Assembly: GCA_016183675.1 (NCBI GenBank)
Contig: JACPEF010000227.1
Location: forward strand, 1 to 45,023
From: Betaproteobacteria bacterium
GTDB taxonomy: Bacteria > Pseudomonadota > Gammaproteobacteria > Burkholderiales > SG8-41
Reading direction: 5' to 3'
Length of the DNA: 45,023 nt
Shown here: in pieces, positions 30,614-38,059 of the stretch
Layout of the letters: each line of letters begins with the position of its first letter
Numbering within the stretch: position 1 is the stretch's first letter
Position numbers and translations under genes: made by a program
The notes under the pieces: model-generated
The model's input: the letters and a program-made list of their open reading frames with translations, nothing else
What the model was told of the DNA's origin: nothing
Database searches by the model: none

Positions 30614-31030
30614 TCATTCCTGCGGCAGCGGCATCGCCTTGCCATCCGCCAGCCTCCACCACCCCCGCACGATGCGGTAGATCACCCAGATTCCCGCGAT
30701 GACCGCCAACAGCCACGCGACCAGGATGCCGACGACTGTCACCCACAGGATCAATGCGATCACGAACCACAGCGCGGCGAACCAGAAGGTGCGAATCTGC
30801 CAGCTGAAGTGCGAGTCGAGATACGTGCCGCGCACGTCGGGGCGCTTGATGTAGTTGATGATCACCGCGATGATGGACGGCCAGCCGGTGAGGAACGCCG
30901 TCACGATGAACGCCGCGGTCACGATCCCGGTGATCGCGCTGAAGGCGTGCAGACCGTAGATCACGTGCGTGAGACGGACGTTGCCCTCGGACGACGTCAC
31001 GTTTCCAGTATGGGTGTCAGTGTCGGCCAT
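30614..31030 (-). CDS. Small polytopic membrane protein (COG3671/DUF4870-like)
   Basis: 138-aa ORF with three or four hydrophobic helices (THVIYGLHAFSAITGIVTAAFIVTAFL; FWFAALWFVIALILWVTVVGILVAWLLAVIAGIWVIY). The conserved-looking segment INYIKRPDVRGTYLDSHFSWQIRTFW supports the family. The family call is tentative. Confidence 0.65.
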   Translation of the reverse strand: MADTDTHTGNVTSSEGNVRLTHVIYGLHAFSAITGIVTAAFIVTAFLTGWPSIIAVIINYIKRPDVRGTYLDSHFSWQIRTFWFAALWFVIALILWVTVVGILVAWLLAVIAGIWVIYRIVRGWWRLADGKAMPLPQE

Positions 31031-31102
31031 GACGCATAGAATGATGAACCAGTCGCGTCGAATTCACAATTTCTGCCTCGCCAACCACGATCGGAGCCCC
31101 AA

Positions 31103-32356
31103 GTGAACAAGGCACCCAAACTTCCCGCCACCACGCACCACCGGATCGTCACCCGCCGCTGGACCGAACAGCGCTGGCTCCTCGACAACGTCATCCGTTC
31201 GGTGGGGGTGGACTGGGACCAGCCGCGCACCATCAGCTACAACGCGCCCTGCGGCCCCGAGGCGAACGCCGATTTCGCCGCGATCCGCGAGCGCGTGAAG
31301 AAGTACGCCGATATCGGACCTGCTTTCGAGGCGACCGCGCGGCGGCGCGAAGCGAAGGCGCGCGCCGCGGAAGAAGCCGAAGAGCTCGTCACCGCGCGCC
31401 AGAACTACTTCATGGCGGCGATCCACTACGCCGCCGCGCAGTGGCCGCACGACGAGAACAGCGAGCAGAACCTCGCGCTCAACCAGCGCAAGCGCGAGTG
31501 CTACGCAAGCTTCGCCCGGCTCGCAGACCACAAGGTGGAGGCGGCGTGGGTCCCGTTCCAGGGCAAGGCGCTGCCCGGCTGGTGGCACTTGCCGCCCGGC
31601 TACGGCAGCGGGCGCATCCCGGCGGTGGTGTCGATCCCGGGGATGGACGGCTTCAAGGAAGCGAGCGTGGCGATGTACGGCGACCGCTGGCTCTCGCGGG
31701 GCGTCGCCGTGCTCACCGTCGAAGGACCGGGCCAGTACGAGAGCGCGGTGCTGGGCATCCCCGTCAGCATGGATAACTGGATCGCCGCCGGCCGAGCGAT
31801 GATGGAATGGATGCGGGCGCGCCCTGAGGTGGACGCGCAACGCATCGGCGTCGTCGGGCAGAGCTTCGGCTCATTCTTCGCCACGATCGCCGCCGCCGGC
31901 GAGCCGCGCTTTCGCGCGTGCGCGGTGACCGCGGCCTGCCTCGAGCCGGGCTTCCGCACGATCTTCGAGGAGGCGTCGCCCACCTTCAAGCGGCGCTTCA
32001 TGTACATGGCGGGTTACGCCGATGAGGACGCCTTCGACGAGTTCCGCAGGACGCTCACCTGGGAGGGGCACGCCGGGAAGATCCGCATGCCCTATCTCTG
32101 CGTCGCGGGCGAAGCGGACGAGCTCTCGCCTCCCGAGCACACCGAGCGCTTCATCAGGACGCTCACGTGCCCGAAGCGGCTGGTGGTGTACCAGGACTGC
32201 CGCCACTCCGTCGGCAACGTTCCTTCCACGAACCTCGGGCCGACGCCTCAGGTGCTCGTCGCCGACTGGATGGCCGCGCTGCTCGCCGGGAAGTCCTTTC
32301 CCAGCGAGCGCTGGCTGGTCGAGTCGAACGGCCGCGTCGTCAAGACGCCGCTCTAG
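31103..32356 (+). CDS. Alpha/beta hydrolase (same family as 16856..18025), paralog 2
   Basis: 417-aa ORF with GTG start 6 nt after GGAG. Nucleophile elbow GQSFG. Late acid/His region GEADELSP...CRHS. Confidence 0.8.
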   Translation: MNKAPKLPATTHHRIVTRRWTEQRWLLDNVIRSVGVDWDQPRTISYNAPCGPEANADFAAIRERVKKYADIGPAFEATARRREAKARAAEEAEELVTARQNYFMAAIHYAAAQWPHDENSEQNLALNQRKRECYASFARLADHKVEAAWVPFQGKALPGWWHLPPGYGSGRIPAVVSIPGMDGFKEASVAMYGDRWLSRGVAVLTVEGPGQYESAVLGIPVSMDNWIAAGRAMMEWMRARPEVDAQRIGVVGQSFGSFFATIAAAGEPRFRACAVTAACLEPGFRTIFEEASPTFKRRFMYMAGYADEDAFDEFRRTLTWEGHAGKIRMPYLCVAGEADELSPPEHTERFIRTLTCPKRLVVYQDCRHSVGNVPSTNLGPTPQVLVADWMAALLAGKSFPSERWLVESNGRVVKTPL

Positions 32357-32367
32357 CCCCCTAAGAA

Positions 32368-32518
32368 GTGACGAATGCTGGTGACGATTACTGGTGACGG
32401 GTGCTGGTGACGGGTAAACAACGTTTTTCGTCACTATCTTTCGTCAGTTCCTTTCGTCACCATTTTTCATCACCATCATTCGTCACCATTAATCGTCACT
32501 TCTTTACTAATCGGTCAC
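32368..32518. repeat. Long inverted array: (CTGGTGACG)n facing (CGTCACN)n
   Basis: GTGACGAATGCTGGTGACGATTACTGGTGACGGGTGCTGGTGACGGGT (32368-32415), then a loop AAACAACGTTTTT, then TCGTCACTATCTTTCGTCAGTTCCTTTCGTCACCATTTTTCATCACCATCATTCGTCACCATTAATCGTCAC...CGGTCAC (to 32518). Confidence 0.8.
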
Positions 32519-32721
32519 TCGGGCTTGATGCCCGCCGCCTTGATCACCTTCGCCCACTTCGCCATGTCGGATCGAATGACGGCCGCGAATGCTTCCGGGG
32601 TATTCCCCACCGGCTCGGCGCCGCTGCTGAGAAAGCGTTTCCTGGTATCGGGAACCTTGAGCGCGTAGACCACGCCCTCGTGGAGTCTTGCGATGATGTC
32701 GCGCGGCGTGCCGGGGATGAG
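32515..32721 (-). pseudogene. 3' relic (last about 68 codons) of a Bug/TctC-family gene
   Basis: Not in the ORF track because there is no start codon. My minus-strand translation is LIPGTPRDIIARLHEGVVYALKVPDTRKRFLSSGAEPVGNTPEAFAAVIRSDMAKWAKVIKAAGIKPE*. This matches the family C-terminus (..GTP..I...L......P....R....G.EP....PE.F...I..E..KW..VI...GIK). The frame is closed upstream by TGA at 32743-32745, inside the neighbouring repeat element. Confidence 0.7.
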
Positions 32722-32730
32722 GCATGAGGG

Positions 32731-32848
32731 CCTGTTCCAGGTTCAACGTTCAAGGTTCTAGGTTCAAGGGTCAAGGTTTAGAGTTCAGGGTTCGTCGCGC
32801 AACTTTGAACTTTGAACTCAGAACTTTGAACAAGACTCCCGTCACCCC
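32731..32848 (-). repeat. Type I modular element, full copy
   Basis: Minus strand: GGGTGACGGGAGTCTTGTTCAAAGTTCTGAGTTCAAAGTTCAAAGTTGCGCGACGAACCCTGAACTCTAAACCTTGACCCTTGAACCTAGAACCTTGAACGTTGAACCTGGAACAGG. Begins 30 nt after the stop of the upstream minus-strand transporter gene. Confidence 0.8.
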
Positions 32849-32878
32849 GTAGGGATGCAGTCTCCCGGCATGGTCCCG

Positions 32879-34504
32879 TTACGCGCTGCGGAACTGGGTG
32901 ATCCGCGCAAAAAGGATGGCCGCGAACGGGAGCGCGAGCCCGATCACCGTCGTCGCGATGAGAAGCAGGCCGAGCTCGCTGTAGTCCGCCGGCACCTGGA
33001 TCGCGCCGCTCGCGGGGTCCTTGACCTCGCGCGTGACCGTGAAACCCTGGTTCAGGTACTTGGTGCCGAGCTGGGAGAGCGAGAGCGCGAGATTGGTGAA
33101 GGAAGCCATGACCGCGAAGAAGGTCGCCTTGAGGTTCGCGGGCGCGGAGCGCGCGATCCAGGCGAGCATCGGGATCATCGCGATCTGCCCGAGCGGGGAC
33201 TCGAGGGCGGTGTTCACCAGCGCGATAAAGCGCGCGTTCACCATGCCGCCCGTCACGGAGGCAGTCCACTCGTGAAGCCCGTAGTACATGCCGATGTACG
33301 GGGCTCCCAGCACGAAGCCGCAAACCGTGAGGAAGCCTATGACGTAGGCGATGGAGCGCTCGGCCATGAAGCGGCGGAAGATGAACATGCCGAAGAGCGT
33401 CAGCACGCTCCCGATCAGCGAGAGCACCGAGATGAACTGCTGGTCGAACTTCAACTCGTCGATCAACCACCAGGTGACGCCGGCGCCCGCGCCGGGAACG
33501 GCACGGAAAATGAAGATCACGATCGCGGTGCCCACCAGCGTCGCGCGCGCCTCCGGGTCGAGCTCGCGCGTGAGCTTCGCCACGAGGAAGGCGATGATCG
33601 CGAAGGAACCGAGGAAGATCACCTCCTGGTTGTAGCGGAAGTCGCCCAGGCCCATGGTGAGCGTGAAGACGACGAAGAAGAGGCTTCCGCCGAGGATCCA
33701 CCAGTTGGGGGCGGGGGGCTCCCCGGGCTCGGAAACGAGCGCGCGCACCTGCTCCGCGCTCAGGCCCTGCGCGAGGAGCCGCCGCTTCTCGCGCGCCTTC
33801 AGTATCGCCGCGACGACCACCCCCAGCACCGAGATCGCGGGGATCGCGAGCGCCATGAGGTAGATGTCGCGGTAGAGGCGCGCCTTCCCGGCTTCGGGCC
33901 ACTCCTGCGTACCGGCGAATAGATAGACGTTGGCGAGCGCGACCAGCACCGTGCCGCCGATGATCGCGACGCGCCCGAGCGTCTGCATCGTGGTGTGCAT
34001 GAGCTTGCGGTTCTCGGGGTCTATCGGGCGGCCCTCAACGTCCGCCTTCGGCACGGCCTCGACGGTCATCGCGTCCGCCACCACGTCCTGAAGCACGTAG
34101 CCGACCGGCGCGAGGAGCTCCGCCACTACGAACCACGCCTCGACCGGCATCACCGCGGCCATCGCCGAGCGCTCGCCGATCAGCCCCGCCATGATCAGCA
34201 GGCTCGCGGCGACGAGGAATGCGCCGAGGTAGACGAGAGAGCTCTTCCAGCGCCAGATGAGGTCCACGAGGTGCCCGAGCGGCATCTTCAGCGCCCACGG
34301 GATCCCGGCCCAGAAGCCGAGCGCGGCGAGGAACGCGGCGGAAAGGCCGAGGTAGTCCTTGACAAAGAAGACACCGACGATGCCCGTGAGCCCCGAGATG
34401 CCGGCCGCCATGTAGACCATGAGCGGCGGGAGATAGGAGAGGCGCAGCTCGCGCCCCAGCTCGAGGATGTTGCGGTCTATCCAGCGCAGCGCGGCGGCCA
34501 GCAT
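32879..34504 (-). CDS. Polytopic MFS-like transporter (resembles the folate/biopterin BT1 family)
   Basis: 541-aa ORF with about 12 hydrophobic segments. The N-terminal LSYLPPLMVYMAAGISGL..FFVKDYLGLSAAFLAALGFWAGIPWALKMPLGHLVD resembles the BT1 signature as I recall it. Confidence 0.7.
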   Translation of the reverse strand: MLAAALRWIDRNILELGRELRLSYLPPLMVYMAAGISGLTGIVGVFFVKDYLGLSAAFLAALGFWAGIPWALKMPLGHLVDLIWRWKSSLVYLGAFLVAASLLIMAGLIGERSAMAAVMPVEAWFVVAELLAPVGYVLQDVVADAMTVEAVPKADVEGRPIDPENRKLMHTTMQTLGRVAIIGGTVLVALANVYLFAGTQEWPEAGKARLYRDIYLMALAIPAISVLGVVVAAILKAREKRRLLAQGLSAEQVRALVSEPGEPPAPNWWILGGSLFFVVFTLTMGLGDFRYNQEVIFLGSFAIIAFLVAKLTRELDPEARATLVGTAIVIFIFRAVPGAGAGVTWWLIDELKFDQQFISVLSLIGSVLTLFGMFIFRRFMAERSIAYVIGFLTVCGFVLGAPYIGMYYGLHEWTASVTGGMVNARFIALVNTALESPLGQIAMIPMLAWIARSAPANLKATFFAVMASFTNLALSLSQLGTKYLNQGFTVTREVKDPASGAIQVPADYSELGLLLIATTVIGLALPFAAILFARITQFRSA

Positions 34505-34516
34505 GGGACGCTCAGG

Positions 34517-34836
34517 GATGAGTGACGAAACTAACGTGAGGGCGTGAGAGCGTCAGGGCGATAAGTTCCGTGAGGGCGTAAGAGCGTGAGCGCGACAGAA
34601 CCCGTGAGGGCGTTAGGGCGAGAGAGCGTGAGAGGGACAAGATCCGTGAGGGCGTAAGAGCGGGAGCGCGGGAGAGCGACAGCGACCCTCTGAACGTTCC
34701 ATCTCACCATTTCACGATCTCACGATCTCCCGGTTTCTCTCGATCTCACGACCTCTCGATCTCAGAGTCTTTCGATCTCCCGATCTCACGGTTGTTCCGG
34801 TCACTGGTCACCGGTCACCGGTCACTGGTCACCGGT
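34517..34836 (-). repeat. Type II composite 8-mer element, copy 3 (reverse orientation, about 320 bp) with a GTCACYG heptamer block
   Basis: Plus strand: CGTGAGGGCGTGAGAG-type units with three GCGAnAnnnnCCGTGAGGG words (34535-34680), then a centre, then GATCTCACGATCTCCC-type units (34702-34790), then GTCACTGGTCACCGGTCACCGGTCACTGGTCACCGG (34797-34835) abutting the TPR gene stop. Confidence 0.8.
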
Positions 34837-35655
34837 TTAGTTGGGCGGGAAGGGCTTCCCGGCGCGGTAGAGCTGCAGCCGCTCCTGCGCGCCCCTGTTC
34901 TTGGCGAACTCCTTGTCCTCGAGCGCCTTCATCTGCCACTTCACGGCGGCTGCGAAGTCGCCGGCGCGGGCGTAGGCCGCCGCGAGCGTATCGATGTGGC
35001 CGGGCTCCTTCCAATGGGTGAGCTCGCACGCCTGCAACGCGAGCTCCACCGCCCGTTTGCCGTCGCGCAGCGCCGGGTTCTTCCCGGTGGCGAGCAGCCA
35101 CGCGAGCGAGTCGAGCGCATCGTCATCGCGCGGATCGAGCTTGATCGCCTCGTTGTAGTCCTGGATCGCCTCTTGGTAGCGCCCGAGCTTGTCGTAGGAG
35201 CTTGCGCGGTTGGCGTAGTTGTTCGCTTCGTGAGGAGCCAGCCTGATCGCCTCGCCATAGTCCTTGATCGCCTGCTCGTATCGCTTGAGGTTCTCGTAGG
35301 CCGTTCCGCGGCCCGCGTAGGCGTCGGAGAACCCGGGGTCGAGCCGGATCGCCTCGCTGTAATCCTTGATCGCGCGCTCGTTCTGCCCGAGCTCCTGGTA
35401 GGAGACGCCGCGGTTGTAATACGCGCGCGTGAATTTCGGATCGAGGCGGATCGCCTCGTCGAAGAAACCGACCGCCTTCTGATAGAGACCGGTCTTGCCC
35501 TCGATGAGGCCCTGGGTAAAGGCGTCCCTCGCCGCCTCCGGCTGCGCCGCGCACACTCCCGCCGCGATCATCGCGAGCGAGAATAGCGCCGCCCGCGCAC
35601 CGGCCATCGCCTGCCCGGAACCCGTGAGTCGTGATTCGACTCCTTTTGCCTTCAT
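34837..35655 (-). CDS. Secreted tetratricopeptide-repeat (TPR) protein
   Basis: 272-aa ORF. At least five 34-aa repeats share the A..(D/Y)...AI.LDP pattern (AIRLDPKFTRAYYNRG, AIRLDPGFSDAYAGRG, AIRLAPHEANNYANRA, AIKLDPRDDDAL). Signal-like ALFSLAMIAAGVCAAQ. An alternative ATG is at 35607. Confidence 0.85.
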   Translation of the reverse strand: MKAKGVESRLTGSGQAMAGARAALFSLAMIAAGVCAAQPEAARDAFTQGLIEGKTGLYQKAVGFFDEAIRLDPKFTRAYYNRGVSYQELGQNERAIKDYSEAIRLDPGFSDAYAGRGTAYENLKRYEQAIKDYGEAIRLAPHEANNYANRASSYDKLGRYQEAIQDYNEAIKLDPRDDDALDSLAWLLATGKNPALRDGKRAVELALQACELTHWKEPGHIDTLAAAYARAGDFAAAVKWQMKALEDKEFAKNRGAQERLQLYRAGKPFPPN

Positions 35656-35690
35656 CCTTCTGCCTTCTGCCTTAGCTGCTCATCCCTTAT
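35645..35690 (-). repeat. CAGAAGG module overlapping the TPR gene start
   Basis: Minus strand: GGGATGAGCAGCTAAGGCAGAAGGCAGAAGGATGAAGGCAAAAGG. The ATG of the TPR gene directly follows two CAGAAGG units. Confidence 0.6.
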
Positions 35691-35728
35691 CCCTCGGCTA
35701 TCAGGGATACAGTCCCCTGCCGGGGCCT

Positions 35729-36000
35729 GGTGACTTTCTCTTGCTCGCCCAAGAGAAAGGTCACCAAAGAGAAGGGCGCCCCGGTTCGCCGCCGCTACCT
35801 CGTGAACTCGTAGCGGTCCCCTGCGCTGCTCGACCAGGCAGGGCGGCTGCGCAACTCGCGCACTCACTTCGCTATTGCTCGCGACATTGGGCGGGCGTCC
35901 TCAGCGATAAGGAGAGGCACACGAAACTCGCCCAGTGCTCGCCGACGACCCCCTACCTGGTCTGCGACTGCTCGGCAGCGAACAGGGGCCCCAAGAACAA
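35729..36000. repeat. Structured GC-rich element: near-perfect 15/16-bp hairpin plus an about 230-bp imperfect palindrome
   Basis: GGTGACTTTCTCTTG-CTCGCCC-CAAGAGAAAGGTCACC (35729-35765). GGGCGCCCCGGTTCGCCGCCG (35774-35794) is an imperfect complement of CGGCAGCGAACAGGGGCCCC (35974-35993). The right arm recurs at 12266-12322. Confidence 0.5.
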
Positions 36001-36004
36001 GACC

Positions 36005-36106
36005 CGTCAGTCATCACTCGTCAGTCGTCACCGGGGTTAAGGCGCTCATCCCTCTCCTTCATCCTTCTACCTTCTGCCTTCTGCCTTCTTCCATCCGCCT
36101 TCCGCC
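36005..36106. repeat. CGTCAnT heptamers plus a second CAGAAGG/CCTTCTG module
   Basis: CGTCAGTCATCACTCGTCAGTCGTCACC (36005-36032). GCTCATCCCTCTCCTTCATCCTTCTACCTTCTGCCTTCTGCCTTCTTCCATCCGCCTTCCGCC (36044-36106). Confidence 0.65.
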
Positions 36107-36196
36107 GTGGGCAGCGTGAAGTATAGTCGAAGCGCGCCCGGGCCGGCCCCCCACCGCGCATTGACCCGTCCCGGCGCGTGCGTTAACGTCGCGGGC

Positions 36197-36382
36197 TCGA
36201 TCATCAATCGCCTGAACCAGGCGGTGCACGACGCGCTCGCCGCCCCCGACATCAGGCAACGCTTCCCGGAGCTCGGCGTGGAGGCGCGTCCCGCGACCCC
36301 CGAGGCCTTCCGCGAGCTGCTCATCTCCGAGATCGCCAAGTGGAAAGCCGTGATCGAGAAAGCGAAGATACCGCGCCAGTGA
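36197..36382 (+). pseudogene. 3' relic (last about 61 codons) of a Bug/TctC-family gene
   Basis: The C-terminal part of the 91-aa ORF 36107..36382 reads SIINRLNQAVHDALAAPDIRQRFPELGVEARPATPEAFRELLISEIAKWKAVIEKAKIPRQ*, which matches the family C-terminus. The 30 codons upstream of it have no family similarity. Confidence 0.7.
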
Positions 36383-36612
36383 CCGGGGCGCCGTGAGATC
36401 GTGAAGTCGGGAAATCGGGAGATTGAAAAGCCGGGAGATCGGGAGTTCGGGAGATCGGGAGATCGTGAACTCGAAGAATATCGTCCCTCTCACGCTCTCA
36501 CGCCCTCACGGAACTTGTCGCCCTCCCGCGCTCACGCTCTCACCCTCTAACACCCTGACGCTCTCACGGATTCTGTCGCTCTCCCGCCCTCACGCTCTCC
36601 CGCTCTCACGTC
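36378..36612 (+). repeat. Type II composite 8-mer element, copy 4 (about 235 bp)
   Basis: Starts at the relic stop (CAGTGACCGG). CGTGAGATCGTGAAGTCGGGAAATCGGGAGAT...GGGAGATCGGGAGATCGTGAAC (36392-36473), a centre TCGAAGAATATCG, then CTCTCACGCTCTCACGCCCTCACGGAACTTGTCGCC...CTCTCACGGATTCTGTCGCTCTCCCGCCCTCACGCTCTCCCGCTCTCACG (36485-36610). Confidence 0.8.
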
Positions 36613-36638
36613 TTCCAAATGATCTTCCCTCATCCTTC

Positions 36639-37508
36639 ATGAAGACCATCGCGGCTCCTGACCCGAACCCGGTGAAGCCCAAGTACGTGCCGCCGCCCGG
36701 AGCGTGCGACGCGCACTGCCACATCTTCGGGCCGGGCAGCCGCTTCCCGTACGCGCCGGAGCGCCGCTACACGCCGCCCGACGTGCCCAGGGAAAAGGTC
36801 GCCGCGCTGCACCGGCACCTCGGATTCCCGCGCGCGGTGCTGGTGCAGGCGAGCTGCCACGGGCGCGACAACAGCGCCATGCTCGACGCGATGGCGTGGT
36901 CAAAGGGCGCCTGGCGCGGCGTCGCGATGGTCGGGGCCGAGGTCACGGACCGCGAGCTCGAGCGGCTGCACGCGGGAGGCGCGCGCGGCGCGCGGTTCAA
37001 CTTCGTCGCGCACCTGGGCGGCGCGCCCGATCCCGCGATGGTCGAGCGCGTCGCACAGCGCATCGCGCCGCTCGGCTGGCACCTGCAGCTCCATCTCGAC
37101 GCCGGGGACATCGGGACCTACCGCGAGTTCCTCAATCGCCTGCGCGTGCCGTTCATCATCGATCACATGGGCCGCGTCGAGGCAGGACACGGCCTCGGGC
37201 AGAAGCCGTTCCGCGAGCTGCTCGATCTCATGAAGAACGAGCTCGCATGGGTGAAGGTGAGCGGGCCGGAGCGCATCTCCTCCGCCGGCAAGCCCTTCCA
37301 CGACGCGATCCCGTTCGCCAGAGCACTGATCGAGGCCGCGCCCGACCGCGTGCTGTGGGGCAGCGATTTCCCCCACCCCAACGTTAAGTGGATGCCGAAC
37401 GACGGGGAGCTCGTGGACCTCTTCGCAACGATGTGCGACGACGAGGCCCTGCGCCGCAGGGTCCTCGTGGATAACCCGACCCGGCTTTACTGGCCCGGGC
37501 CCGCCTGA
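36639..37508 (+). CDS. Amidohydrolase-2 family enzyme (LigI / 2-pyrone-4,6-dicarboxylate hydrolase-like)
   Basis: ATG at 36639 inside ORF 36423..37508; the upstream part is repeat sequence. GACDAHCHIFGP metal/active-site motif, IIDHMG, and WGSDFPHP near the C-terminus. Confidence 0.85.
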   Translation: MKTIAAPDPNPVKPKYVPPPGACDAHCHIFGPGSRFPYAPERRYTPPDVPREKVAALHRHLGFPRAVLVQASCHGRDNSAMLDAMAWSKGAWRGVAMVGAEVTDRELERLHAGGARGARFNFVAHLGGAPDPAMVERVAQRIAPLGWHLQLHLDAGDIGTYREFLNRLRVPFIIDHMGRVEAGHGLGQKPFRELLDLMKNELAWVKVSGPERISSAGKPFHDAIPFARALIEAAPDRVLWGSDFPHPNVKWMPNDGELVDLFATMCDDEALRRRVLVDNPTRLYWPGPA

Positions 37509-37564
37509 GGTTGTGCTGCGGCTTGCCCGCGGCTATTCTATAAGATCAAACCCCAAGAGCTTCA

Positions 37565-37694
37565 GCCACAGAGAGCACAGAGAACACAGAGTTAGGGAGG
37601 AGCACCCCCTCCCTACCCCTCCTCCTCAGGCGGAGGGAAGGGCGGGGGTTGTTGACCGAGTTTATTTCTACGTGAACTCTCTGTCCTCTGTGGC
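37565..37694 (+). repeat. Type III-like element: CACAGAG hairpin
   Basis: GCCACAGAGAGCACAGAGAACACAGAGTT (37565-37593) faces AACTCTCTGTCCTCTGTGGC (37675-37694). The loop holds an internal AGGGAGG-N7-CCTCCCT hairpin. Confidence 0.7.
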
Positions 37695-37711
37695 TATGTA
37701 TTTTTGTTTTT

Positions 37712-37921
37712 GGCAATGTCCTAGTAATTGGGTAAAGCTGGTCGAAGCGTGAACAAGAAGTGCGGCACTAACGATACACAATCAATGCTTTATCGTAATC
37801 AGCGCCTCGAGTCAGCGAGTAGAGATATCTCTGCAGATATATTCGAGAGAATCTCGTTCAATTTCCCTCTGGGAACTCGGCTTTCACAATGAATTCTTTA
37901 CCCACTAAATAGGACATTGCC
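37712..37921. mobile_element. 210-bp MITE with 26-bp terminal inverted repeats and a 9-bp target-site duplication
   Basis: Left TIR GGCAATGTCCTAGTAATTGGGTAAAG (37712-37737). Right TIR CTTTACCCACTAAATAGGACATTGCC (37896-37921); 23/26 complementary. Flanked by identical TTTGTTTTT at 37703-37711 and 37922-37930. AT-rich non-coding core. Confidence 0.8.
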
Positions 37922-37951
37922 TTTGTTTTTTCTATCGGCGTTTATCCGCGG

Positions 37952-38059
37952 CTAGTGCCGTTCCAACTATTTGTGCCAAGCCAACTATTTCTCCAGTGGC
38001 CGACTGTCCCCGGTGGGCGGGCCACCGGTATTTGGAGAAACAAGTTGGAACGGCACTAG
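37952..38059. mobile_element. 108-bp MITE-like element, CTAG-TGCCGTTCCAAC family
   Basis: CTAGTGCCGTTCCAACT (37952-37968) and AGTTGGAACGGCACTAG (38043-38059) are perfect 17-bp inverted repeats. The outer CTAG could instead be a 4-bp duplication. Internal hairpin CCGGTGG-GCGGG-CCACCGG. Confidence 0.7.

Noticed and set aside
36423-36638. N-terminal 72 codons of ORF 36423..37508, and similarly 28156..28539, 37996..38088, 9629..9838 and 30523..30645
   Set aside because: These extensions are translations of repeat elements or MITEs (SREIGSSGDREIV, SLITHHPSPITRQ and the like). Signal peptides or catalytic motifs and RBSs define later starts.
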